Shown one piece after another: positions 19,490-29,200 of a stretch of 35,513 nt of DNA. Made by a program: the position numbers and the translations under genes. Positions within the stretch are counted from its first letter, which is position 1, and every line of letters starts with the position of its first letter. This DNA is from a bacterium. GTDB taxonomy: Bacteria; CLD3; SB21. Where the stretch lies: the NCBI GenBank assembly GCA_013359335.1, contig JABWBZ010000016.1:1-35513 (forward strand), in the 5' to 3' direction. The notes beneath the pieces were generated by a model. That model was not told the DNA's origin and did not search any database. It saw only the letters and a program-made list of their open reading frames with translations.

Positions 19490-22400
19490 ATGCGTATTAT
19501 TTTAGCAATTTTATTTTTTCAGAATATTTTTTGTTTTGCTCGACCTTGTTTTACGCAATCACACGAAGTCAACTTCAGGCGTTTTTCGATCGAACAAGGT
19601 TTATCGCAGAGCAATGTATTTTGCATTCTTCAAGATCGTACTGGTTTTATGTGGTTTGGCACCGAAGACGGACTGAATCGTTTCGATGGCTATCGTTTCC
19701 GCGTTTTCAAACACCTGCAGGACACCAGTTCCATTTCCAGCAATTTTATCAACACGTTGTTTGAAGATCGTACCGGGAAATTATGGATTGGCACTTCGCG
19801 CGGTCTGAATTGCTACGATCCTTCATTGGAAAAATTTACACGCATTAAAAAATTTAGCCTCACCAATATCGAAACGATTTTAGAAGATCATTCCGGAAAT
19901 TTGTGGATCGGGGCTTCGGAAGGACTGGGAGTTTTGGATCCAAATTCCGGAGAGTTCAATTCACTCGAATTACCCGATTCCGTTGCTATGGCGCAAGTTT
20001 TATTCGAAGACCGAAATAAAGTTTTATGGATTGGGACGAATCGCGGTTTATTCGCGTATGATCAAAAACATTTTGTTCATTATCGTAATGACCTTAAAAA
20101 TCAGCGCAGTCTTCCGCACAACAATGTTCACGCGATTATCGAAGATCGCCATGGCGATTTGTGGATCGGCATGTACGGCGGCGGAATTGCCCGCTTAGAT
20201 CGTTCGTCCGGCGAATTTACCAATTACCGCGCACGATCGACCGATGTTTTTTCTTTGAGCAGCGATGATGTGAATGCAATCGTGGAAGATCGCGCTGGAA
20301 AATTATGGGTCGGTACATTTGGCGGCGGCGTTTGCCGATGGGATCCACAAACAAAAAATTTCACGCGATTTGTGCACGATCCGCAAAAAATAACGAGCAT
20401 CAGTCATAATTCCGTCGAATCCATGTATCTCGACCATTCGGCAATTCTGTGGGTGGGAACGAACGGCGGCGGTATCAATCAATATGATCCAAATCGAGAA
20501 AAATTTACGCACATTAAAAATATACCTTCCGATCCGAACAGTCTTAGCGATAATATGATCTATTCTTTTTTCTTCGATGAAGAAGAAAATTCTTTGTGGA
20601 TAGGCACCGACGCAGGCGGACTCAATCGATGGAACAGAAATTCCGGAAAATTTCTGCATTATAAAAATAATCCGGCGAATGCAAATAGTTTGGCCCATAA
20701 CTCAGTCCGTGCAATATTTAAATCGTTCGACGGATTGTTTTGGATCGGCTCGGTGCGTGGTGGAATTGATGTTTTGGACGTGAATAAAAATTCATTTGTC
20801 AATTTCAAAAACATCCCGGGAGACCAGCAAAGCCTGAGCGCAAATTCCATTCGTACGATCCACGCTGACCGCGACTCATCCGATAAAATTCTGTGGATCG
20901 GCACGAATGGCGGCGGACTCAATAAACTCGATTTGACGACGAAACAATTCACGGCTTTCAAAAATAGTTCCACCGATTCCGGCAGCCTGAGCAACAACCA
21001 GATTCGCGCCGTTTTCGAAGATTATGATGGATACATTTGGGTCGGAACGTTGGGCGGTGGCCTCAATCGTATAGACAAACGAACCGGTAAATTTCGCCGC
21101 TATGTCAACGAGCCCGATCGCCAGAATTCGTTGAATAATAATATCGTGCTGTGCGTAATCGAAGACACCTTTTTTTATCCTGATAAATTATGGATCGGCA
21201 CCGCCGGCGGAGTTAATGTTTTAAACCTGCAGAATGAAACGTTTGAATTTTTTACCGAACAGAATGGTTTGCCCAACGATGTGGTGTATGGAATTGTCGT
21301 CGATCATCGCGGTTATTTATGGATCAGCACCAATAAAGGTTTGGCGAAATTTGATCCGCGCTCAAAGTCTTTTATTAATTACGACGAACGCGACGGATTG
21401 CAGAGCAATGAATTCAACGCCGGCGCTTATTTAATAAACCGTCGCGGTGAAATTTTTTTCGGCGGCATCAATGGATTCAATTATTTTCATCCCGACAGTT
21501 TGTTAAGCAATTCAATGCCTCCGCCGGTATTGCTCACTGATTTTCAGATTTTCAATGAATCCGTTCCTATCGGCAATCGTACGCTGAAAAAATCGATATC
21601 GCAAACTCATTCGATAGAACTTGATTACACACAAAATGTGTTTTCATTTGAATTTGCCGCGTTGAACTACTCCATTCCTGAAAAAAACCAGTTTGCTTAC
21701 ATGATGGAAGGTTTTGACAAAACCTGGATTTATTCGGGCACGCGGCGTTATGTCAATTACACCAATCTGAATCCGGGCCGTTACGTATTTCGCGTGAAAG
21801 CAGCCAACAGCGACGGCTTGTGGAATGAAGAAGGCCAAAGCGTCGAAATTATTATTCATCCGCCTTTTTGGTCGACGTGGTGGTTTCGGCTTGGCATGAT
21901 AGCGGTTTTGGGACTGATTATTTTCGGAGCTTTTCGTTTTCGTGAATATTACCGCATCTATCGCAAAACGCGTTTTATCAGCCATTATAAAATTGTACGT
22001 AAATTGGGCGAAGGCATCGACCAATCTCAAAAAAAAGCGGTTGCGCTCAAAGTACTGCGTGAAGAAATACTCGAATCGCAGGATGGCATCAAACGTTTTC
22101 TCAAAGAAGTCGAAATCGGAAGACAAATCAACCACCCGAACGTCGTTCGGATTTTTAATGCCGGCAGCAATGAAACCACACGCTACATCGCGATGGAATT
22201 GATCGAAGGCGTGACGCTGAAGTCGCAAATTCGTGAAAAAGGAAAAATTGAAATGTCAATGGCCATTAACTACGTCCGGGGTATTTTGGAAGGCTTGAAA
22301 GCCATTCACGAAAAGAACATCGTTCATCGCGATTTAAAATCTGAAAACATTATGATCCAGAAAGATGCTACGATTAAAATCATGGATTTTGGATTGGCAC

Positions 22401-22735
22401 GGATGAACGCGCTCAGTTCCATCGCCGATCGCGGGCAGCTCGTCGGCACGTTGGCTTACATGAGTCCTGAACAAACGATCGGCAAATCGGTGGATTTTCG
22501 TACGGATATTTATTCGTTCGGCGTTGTTTTGTATGAAATGATTTTCGGAGAATTACCTTTTCATGGCGACAACGAGATGAGCCTGATTTTTTCTATTCAC
22601 AACGACGTGCCGAAATATATCGATCATTCTAATCCATTGCATGCTGTGATTTCACGTTGCCTTCAGCGAGAGCCGGCGCAGCGATATCAAACGGTCGATG
22701 AAATTTTCACTGATATTAGTAAGGCGCACGATTGA
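19490..22735 (+). CDS. Periplasmic beta-propeller (Reg_prop) + Y_Y_Y sensor fused to a Hanks-type Ser/Thr kinase
   Basis: Signal peptide; repeated D..G.LWIGT..GLN blades; YTNLNPGRYVFRVKA; PPFWSTWWF TM helix; VALK, HRDLKSEN, DFG, GTLAYMSPE, DIYSFG. Confidence 0.93.
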   Translation: MRIILAILFFQNIFCFARPCFTQSHEVNFRRFSIEQGLSQSNVFCILQDRTGFMWFGTEDGLNRFDGYRFRVFKHLQDTSSISSNFINTLFEDRTGKLWIGTSRGLNCYDPSLEKFTRIKKFSLTNIETILEDHSGNLWIGASEGLGVLDPNSGEFNSLELPDSVAMAQVLFEDRNKVLWIGTNRGLFAYDQKHFVHYRNDLKNQRSLPHNNVHAIIEDRHGDLWIGMYGGGIARLDRSSGEFTNYRARSTDVFSLSSDDVNAIVEDRAGKLWVGTFGGGVCRWDPQTKNFTRFVHDPQKITSISHNSVESMYLDHSAILWVGTNGGGINQYDPNREKFTHIKNIPSDPNSLSDNMIYSFFFDEEENSLWIGTDAGGLNRWNRNSGKFLHYKNNPANANSLAHNSVRAIFKSFDGLFWIGSVRGGIDVLDVNKNSFVNFKNIPGDQQSLSANSIRTIHADRDSSDKILWIGTNGGGLNKLDLTTKQFTAFKNSSTDSGSLSNNQIRAVFEDYDGYIWVGTLGGGLNRIDKRTGKFRRYVNEPDRQNSLNNNIVLCVIEDTFFYPDKLWIGTAGGVNVLNLQNETFEFFTEQNGLPNDVVYGIVVDHRGYLWISTNKGLAKFDPRSKSFINYDERDGLQSNEFNAGAYLINRRGEIFFGGINGFNYFHPDSLLSNSMPPPVLLTDFQIFNESVPIGNRTLKKSISQTHSIELDYTQNVFSFEFAALNYSIPEKNQFAYMMEGFDKTWIYSGTRRYVNYTNLNPGRYVFRVKAANSDGLWNEEGQSVEIIIHPPFWSTWWFRLGMIAVLGLIIFGAFRFREYYRIYRKTRFISHYKIVRKLGEGIDQSQKKAVALKVLREEILESQDGIKRFLKEVEIGRQINHPNVVRIFNAGSNETTRYIAMELIEGVTLKSQIREKGKIEMSMAINYVRGILEGLKAIHEKNIVHRDLKSENIMIQKDATIKIMDFGLARMNALSSIADRGQLVGTLAYMSPEQTIGKSVDFRTDIYSFGVVLYEMIFGELPFHGDNEMSLIFSIHNDVPKYIDHSNPLHAVISRCLQREPAQRYQTVDEIFTDISKAHD

Positions 22736-22767
22736 TCGATAGTTTTAATATTGATTTTAAACCGGCT

Positions 22768-23214
22768 TCATTGCACGCTGATGAGAGGCTCGAGCGTTAC
22801 GTCAGCTTTGATCGAACGGGCAATCAGGCAATTGTCATGGGCATCATGGATAGTTTTTTCGGCATCGGCAATGGCTTCTGCATTACGGACGACAATTTCA
22901 GGACGAATGACAATTTTTGTAAATTGATAGCCGCCGTCTTTGAATTCAAGCCAACCCTCCGCATGACTTGAATAGGAGATGAGAGGAATCTGTTTACGCG
23001 AGGCAAAAGCAAGAAAAGTCGTCATAGTACAGGTTTCGACCGCTGCGACAAATAAATCCTCCGGAGTCCAAACGCCCGTTTCACCTTTAAACTCCGGCGG
23101 ACTCGCCACTCGGAACTCTGGCTTTCCTTCAGACTTGAGTTTTCCTGCTCGATTTTCGAGCCATTGCAATTGAGTTTGATACGTAAACGTTTTGTATTTC
23201 TTCGTAGCTTCCAT
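22768..23214 (-). CDS. OsmC/Ohr family protein
   Basis: SPPEFKG, WTPEDLFVAAVETC, AHDNCLIARS (two conserved Cys). Confidence 0.93.
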   Translation of the reverse strand: MEATKKYKTFTYQTQLQWLENRAGKLKSEGKPEFRVASPPEFKGETGVWTPEDLFVAAVETCTMTTFLAFASRKQIPLISYSSHAEGWLEFKDGGYQFTKIVIRPEIVVRNAEAIADAEKTIHDAHDNCLIARSIKADVTLEPLISVQ

Positions 23215-23280
23215 CTTTCAATCCTTCGATGAATTTTCAGGCGTTTTAAAAGATAAATTAAACATGGGCAGTTTAGAACA

Positions 23281-23315
23281 AAACCTGATGCAATCCCATG
23301 ATTTTCATCAGGTTT
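23281..23315. promoter_or_regulatory. 10-bp inverted repeat containing a CRP/FNR-like core upstream of the OsmC gene
   Basis: AAACCTGATG-N15-CATCAGGTTT; TGAT-N4-ATCA at 23299-23310. Confidence 0.4.
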
Positions 23316-23324
23316 GTTATTAAT

Positions 23325-23777
23325 CTATCGTTTCACCTGCCGCCAGCCGTTCCACACTGGCAAGCCCTGATCGTCGCGTAATTTCAAAACCGAATTATTT
23401 TTTTTCAATTCGGCAGCGATGATAACGGGCTCTTTATTGAAAACTACGCGAGAGCCTTTGATCTCGATAGCATCATTGACAGCCAGATCCATTTCCTGAT
23501 TTTCCAGGAACCATGCCGGCCCGAGATGAACGGAGATCGTTTCCTTGTCCGTCTTGACCATAGCATGAATGCCTACAGACATTCCACGAAATGGAGTCAA
23601 TGTGTCTATGGCGGTTATTTTACCCGCGATGGTTTCTACTGAACTGACGTCATACATTTTGTTGTATGCGCTGCCGGAGCCCCAACCCCCATGACCTCGC
23701 CCTTTCCAACCGCTTTGTGCGTTAACCGATACAGCCAGTAGAATAAGCGCGGTGACATAATACCCTAAACGTTTCAT
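23325..23777 (-). CDS. Exported OB-fold-like protein resembling the MamS/MamX-type domain
   Basis: Signal peptide, Gly-rich linker, YD...ETIAG, VHLGPAWFL, LRDDQGLPVW; no CxxCH. Confidence 0.75.
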   Translation of the reverse strand: MKRLGYYVTALILLAVSVNAQSGWKGRGHGGWGSGSAYNKMYDVSSVETIAGKITAIDTLTPFRGMSVGIHAMVKTDKETISVHLGPAWFLENQEMDLAVNDAIEIKGSRVVFNKEPVIIAAELKKNNSVLKLRDDQGLPVWNGWRQVKR

Positions 23778-23798
23778 AATTCAACCTCTTATTTATTT

Positions 23799-23837
23799 TA
23801 TATAACCACATAGTTATATATGATGTTTATACAACAT
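23799..23837. promoter_or_regulatory. Candidate operator palindromes
   Basis: TATATAAC-N6-GTTATATA (23799-23820) and ATGTT-N5-AACAT (23823-23837), just upstream of ATG 23777. Confidence 0.4.
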
Positions 23838-23956
23838 TTTAATAACTCATTTTATTCCCGATTTTTTGGACAAAGGTTGATAAAGGAATGAGGCTAAGAG
23901 AACTGTACCGTAGCAAAAAAAGCAGGGTATGAATGGAGGTTTTGCCCAGCAAAGGC

Positions 23957-23992
23957 AAAAAAAAATCCCGGAAACTGTGCGTTCCCGGGATT
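23957..23992 (-). terminator. Intrinsic terminator of the RRM gene
   Basis: Minus strand aatcccgg-N13-ccggga followed by T9. Confidence 0.8.
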
Positions 23993-24016
23993 AAACCAGC
24001 TATATAAACTTAACGA

Positions 24017-24304
24017 TTAATAGCGTTTTGAAAAAGAACGATCCGTTCTTTTTTCTTGAGGTTTGGCAACATTAACAACCAAATTGCGGTTTTGCCAATT
24101 GTAGTTGTTGAACATCTCGATGGCTTTTTTTGCATCTTCTTCGGTTGCCATTTCGACGAAACCAAAACCTTTAGAACGGCCGGACATTTTGTCCGTGATG
24201 ATTTTGGCCGATACGACCGAACCTGCTTGTGTAAAAAGGTCCGTAAGGCTTTGCTCATCGCTATTGTACGACAAGTTGCCAACGTATAGTTTCTTTGAAT
24301 CCAT
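24017..24304 (-). CDS. RNA recognition motif (RRM) RNA-binding protein
   Basis: RNP2 LYVGNL, RNP1 KGFGFVEM; AGGAG SD before ATG 24304. Confidence 0.96.
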   Translation of the reverse strand: MDSKKLYVGNLSYNSDEQSLTDLFTQAGSVVSAKIITDKMSGRSKGFGFVEMATEEDAKKAIEMFNNYNWQNRNLVVNVAKPQEKRTDRSFSKRY

Positions 24305-24338
24305 GGAAAGTCTCCTGAAAGTGTTAAACATGGGATAT

Positions 24339-24376
24339 AAAAAAAAATCTCAAAGCGCCCATACACTTTGAGATTT
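24339..24376 (-). terminator. Terminator-like hairpin in the 5' leader of the RRM gene
   Basis: Minus strand tctcaaagtg-tatggg-cgctttgaga (10-bp stem, one G-U) followed by T9. Confidence 0.7.
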
Positions 24377-24472
24377 GTAAAACTTAAATCTGTTTATTCT
24401 TAAGACCGGATCGTCGACAAGAAAAACTGAGATGAAAAGAAATCAAAACCTATGGTGCTCACTGAGCACTAC

Positions 24473-24501
24473 ACTATACATCAAATTTATCCCGTTGTCA
24501 A
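24473..24501 (-). promoter_or_regulatory. Sigma70-type promoter of the RRM gene
   Basis: TTGACA-N17-TATAGT on the minus strand. Confidence 0.8.
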
Positions 24502-24701
24502 GTAATTTTTTGAATGACAACTTTTTATATTGCTTACTCGTATTCCCTGCCTGAACCACGAATGCCGCTTCAAACATAAAAAAAGTGATTTTCTCATGGC
24601 GCTTTTATACATTGGAAGCGCCGTAAGGCACCTGATGCCACCATGCCAGATCAGTTTTACTAAAATAATTTACAACCGATGTCACTCCAAGGAGTCTAAC
24701 C

Positions 24702-25085
24702 ATGGGCGATCGATTCAAAGAATTCACCGAGTTTCGGCATAAAATGAACGAGCGCATTCTCGCGCAGGACAACAAAGTCATCAAACGGTTTTTCTCAATC
24801 GACACCCTGACCTATCAGGAAGGCGCTCTCAACGTCAAGACGAAAGAACTGCTGGGATTGGTTGCGTCGCTGGTATTGCGATGCGACGATTGCATTGCTT
24901 ACCATATCAATAAATGCAAAGAAGCCGGCGTCGCTCGCGATGAAATGTTCGAGGCAATGAGCGTCGGGCTGGTCGTCGGCGGCTCGATCGTGATTCCGCA
25001 TCTGCGGCGAGCCGTGGCATTTCTGGATGAAATCGAAACGATGGAAACTAACGGAAGCTCACAGGAACTCTCAGAAAAAAATTAA
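24702..25085 (+). CDS. Carboxymuconolactone decarboxylase / AhpD-like protein
   Basis: KTKELLGLVASLVLRCDDCIAYH, VGGSIVIPHLR; AGGAG SD. Confidence 0.93.
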   Translation: MGDRFKEFTEFRHKMNERILAQDNKVIKRFFSIDTLTYQEGALNVKTKELLGLVASLVLRCDDCIAYHINKCKEAGVARDEMFEAMSVGLVVGGSIVIPHLRRAVAFLDEIETMETNGSSQELSEKN

Positions 25086-26159
25086 ATGGTCATGAAAAAT
25101 AAAATTCGTCTCATTTCGTTAATCGGAATTACGCTGATTATCGTTTTAGCTTTTTCGATCAATAAACTAACCTCCGAACAAAAAACCAATACCGGGAAAT
25201 CCACGCGTTCGGCCGATCCAACGATTGCAGTTCGCGCACATGTGATCAAACCTGAAAAGCTGAGCAATCGCGTGCTCACGACGGGGACGATTTTGGCTAA
25301 TGAAGAAGTGGATTTGCGCAGTGAAATTTCAGGGCGGATCATGCAGATCGCTTTTACGGAAGGTTCGCGGATCAATAAGGGGCAATTGCTGATCAAAATC
25401 AACGACGCCGAATTGCAGGCGCAGTTGGAGCGTGCGGAATCGCGCCGCAAGTTGGCGGAAACGAATGAGAACCGTCAACGCCAGCTTCTGGAAAAAAACG
25501 CCATCAGCCAGGGCGAGTATGACGTTGCGCTCAATGAACTCAATATCGTCAAAGCCGATATCGATCTGATCAAAGCGCAGATTGACAAAACGGAATTACG
25601 GGCGCCGTTCGACGGCGTGATCGGATTGAAATACGTCAGCGAGGGAAGTTTTATTACCAATTCGAGTCAAATCGCCCGGCTCCAGAATCTCACGAGCGTG
25701 AAAATCGATTTTAGCGTTCCGGAAAAATATTCAGGCTCCGTGAGAATAGGCAATGCCATCGTATTTCGGGTACAAGGCAGCGATAAAGAATACCGCGGAA
25801 AAATCTATGCGATCGAACCGAAGATCGATCCTGTGACTCGCACGGTTCAACTGCGCGCCATCTCGACGTTCGCTGACGACCGTGTGCTGCCCGGCGCATT
25901 TGCCAACGTTGAATTGGTTCTTGCGGAAATCAACGATGCGTTATTAATTCCCACTCAGGCGCTGGTTCCCGAATTAAAAGGACAAAAAGTTTATTTGTAT
26001 AAAAACGGCGAAGCCGTAAGTCAGAGCGTTGAAATCGGCATGCGCACGGAAAACCAGATCCAGATCGTCAGCGGCATCCGGCCGAACGATACGCTGATCA
26101 CGACCGGTATTTTGCAATTACGCGGCGGCGCACCGGTTAAAATTTTGGAATTTGAGTAA
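25086..26159 (+). CDS. RND efflux periplasmic adaptor subunit
   Basis: N-terminal TM, SEISGRI, helical hairpin, RAPFDGVIG, IDPVTRT, PGAFA. Confidence 0.95.
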   Translation: MVMKNKIRLISLIGITLIIVLAFSINKLTSEQKTNTGKSTRSADPTIAVRAHVIKPEKLSNRVLTTGTILANEEVDLRSEISGRIMQIAFTEGSRINKGQLLIKINDAELQAQLERAESRRKLAETNENRQRQLLEKNAISQGEYDVALNELNIVKADIDLIKAQIDKTELRAPFDGVIGLKYVSEGSFITNSSQIARLQNLTSVKIDFSVPEKYSGSVRIGNAIVFRVQGSDKEYRGKIYAIEPKIDPVTRTVQLRAISTFADDRVLPGAFANVELVLAEINDALLIPTQALVPELKGQKVYLYKNGEAVSQSVEIGMRTENQIQIVSGIRPNDTLITTGILQLRGGAPVKILEFE

Positions 26160-26262
26160 TGCCTCGCAAAGCCAAGACGTGGTATCGGTTTTTCACAGCC
26201 TCGCGATCCCCGCGAGAATATCGTTTTTATTTACGGCGTAGCTTCTTACCAAAGGACACTTT

Positions 26263-29200
26263 ATGAGTCTATCCGCAACATGTATTCGCCGTCCTGTTTT
26301 GGCGATGGTGCTTAATATCGTCGTCGTTCTTTTCGGCGTCATTGGTTTCACCTATCTCGGTGTTCGGGAATATCCCGCCGTCGATCCCCCCATCGTAACG
26401 GTCAGTACAAATTACACCGGCGCCAATGCCGACGTGATCGAATCGCAAATTACCGAACCGCTTGAAGAATCGATCAACGGCATCGCGGGCATTCGTTCGC
26501 TTACGTCGACAAGCCGTGAAGCGCGAAGCACCATCACCGTCGAATTTGATCTGGAAATCGATCTTGAAGCAGCGGCGAACGACGTACGCGACCGTGTCTC
26601 CCGCGCCATGCGCAATTTGCCGGTCGATGCCGATCCTCCGGTCGTCACCAAAGCCGACGCGAACGCCTCACCGGTTGTGTCGATCAATCTGCAAAGCGAC
26701 ACACGCAGCCTGATCGACATTTCCGCCTTTGCCAATAATGTTTTTAAAGAACGTTTGCAGACGATACCGGGCGTTAGTGAAATCCGCATCTGGGGCGAAA
26801 AAAAATACGCCATGCGCATCTGGCTCGATCCGGCAAAAATGGCCGCCTATCAATTAACGCCGCTCGACGTACGCAACGCGCTTAATCGGGAAAACGTCGA
26901 ACTTCCCAGCGGCCGCATTGAAGGCGACGCTACGGAACTTACCGTGCGTACCATTGCGCGGTTGACGACGCCGGCGGAATTCGACGACCTGATTATTAAA
27001 GAAGTTGGCGGCAACATTGTGCGCCTCAAAGATATCGGCCAAGCCGTTCTCGGACCGGAAAACGAACGAACCATTCTCAAACGCGACGGTATTCCGGCCA
27101 TCGGTATTGTAGCGGTACCGCAGCCCGGCGCGAATAACATTGCCATCGCGGATGAATTTTATAAACGCGTGGAGCAAATCAAAGCCGAGCTTCCGAAAGA
27201 TCTGCGAGTCGACTATGCGTTTGATGTGACGAAATATATTCGCAAATCGATCGGCGAGGTGGAGGAAACGATTTTTATTGCGTTCGGTTTAGTCGTGCTG
27301 ATTATTTTCCTTTTCCTGCGCGATTGGAGAACGACGCTGATACCGGTTCTGGCCATTCCGATCTCGCTGATCGGCTCGTTTTTCATCATGTATATGTTCA
27401 ATTTTTCGATCAACGTGCTCACGCTGCTGGGAATTGTTTTGGCGATCGGTTTGGTCGTCGATGATGCGATCGTTGTGCTGGAAAATATTTACGCAAAAGT
27501 CGAACAAGGCATGCCTCCGTTGCAAGCCGGATTTAAAGGTTCGGCGGAAATTTATTTTGCCGTCATTTCGACAACCGTGGCGCTCGCGGCTGTTTTTCTG
27601 CCCGTGATTTTTTTGCAAGGTCTGACCGGCCGGCTTTTTCGTGAATTCGGAATCGTCGTTGCCGGTTCGGTGATCATTTCAGCGTTCGTCTCGCTGACTT
27701 TGACGCCGATGATGAGTACGCGCATCATCCAATCGCACATGCAGCATAACTGGTTTTATAATATCACGGAACCGTTTTTCGTCGCGTTGAGTAACGGCTA
27801 CCGCAAAACATTACATGCTTTCATGCATCGCCGTTGGCTGGGATTTGTGGCCATGGTTTTTTCGGCTATTTTAATTTTTGTTTTAGGAGCGTCGATTCCA
27901 TCAGAATTAGCGCCGTTAGAAGACCGCAGTTGGCTTCAAATCTCGACTACCGCGCCGGAAGGAGCGACGTTTGAGTACATGGACTCGTACATGAGCCGCA
28001 TGGTGGATATGATCAAGGAAACTCTTCCGGAGGCCCAAGCCGTCATGAGCGTGACGTCACCGGGATTTGCGGCGTCGGGTTCTGTGAATTCCGGTTTTGT
28101 GCGGCTTTTCCTTAAAGATCCGCAGGATCGTACACGAACCCAGCAGGAAGTTGCCGACGATCTGATGAAGAAAATAAAATTTTTTACGGAAGCCAGGACC
28201 ATCGTGATACAGGAACAGTCGATTCGCGCGGGCGGCGGCGGATTGCCGGTTCAATTTGTTTTGCAGGCCCCGAACTTTGAAAAACTGCGTGAAGCGCTTC
28301 CGAAATTTTTCGAAGCGGCGCGGCAGCGGCCGGAATTCCAGGTCGTCGACGTTAATTTGAAATTCAACAAACCCGAAATCAGAATCGATATCGACCGCAA
28401 TCGCGCTAAGGCGCTGGGCGTTTCGGCCAGCGATATCGCGCAGACGCTGCAATTGGCCTACAGCGGACAACGGTTCGGTTACTTTATCATGGACGGCAAA
28501 CAATACCAGATCATCGGGCAAGTGGCCAGAGCCAAACGCGATGAACCGCTCGACATGAAATCCTTGTACGTTAAAAATCAGGATGGGAAATTGATTCAGT
28601 TGGACAATCTGGTGACGCTGACCGAGCAGGTAAGTCCTCCGCAGTTGTATCGATTCAATCGTTATATTTCGGCAACGGTGTCGGCCGGATTAAACAAAGG
28701 TTATACGATGGGCGAGGGCATCAAAGCGATGCAGGAAATTGCTGACGATATCCTGGATGATACATTTAGCACGGCTTTGGACGGCCCATCGAAAGATTTT
28801 TCAGAAAGTTCGTCGAGTTTATTGTTTGCATTTTTATTGGCTTTGATTCTGATCTACCTCGTTTTGTCCGCGCAATTTGAAAGTTTCCGCGGTCCGTTTA
28901 TTATTTTATTTACCGTGCCGCTCGCTATGGCTGGCGCGCTTTTGTCGTTGTGGGTTTTCGGGCAGACATTGAATATTTTTTCGCAAATCGGGCAGATTGT
29001 GCTGATCGGTTTGGTCACAAAAAACGGAATTTTGATCGTGGAATTTGCCAATCAGCGCCTTGCGGCAGGATTATCAGTACGCGACGCCGTTATTGATGCC
29101 GCGACGGCGCGCTTGCGGCCGATTCTGATGACGAGCTTATCGACGATTCTTGGAATTTTACCGATTGCGCTGGCGCTCGGCGCCGGATCGGAAAGCCGTG

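Noticed and set aside
19459-19490. TTGACA upstream of the sensor kinase as a leaderless promoter
   Set aside because: The candidate -10 (CATCCT) is weak and only 3 nt from the ATG.
23325-23777. Magnetosome island
   Set aside because: No other mam genes in the window and no CxxCH heme motifs in this protein.
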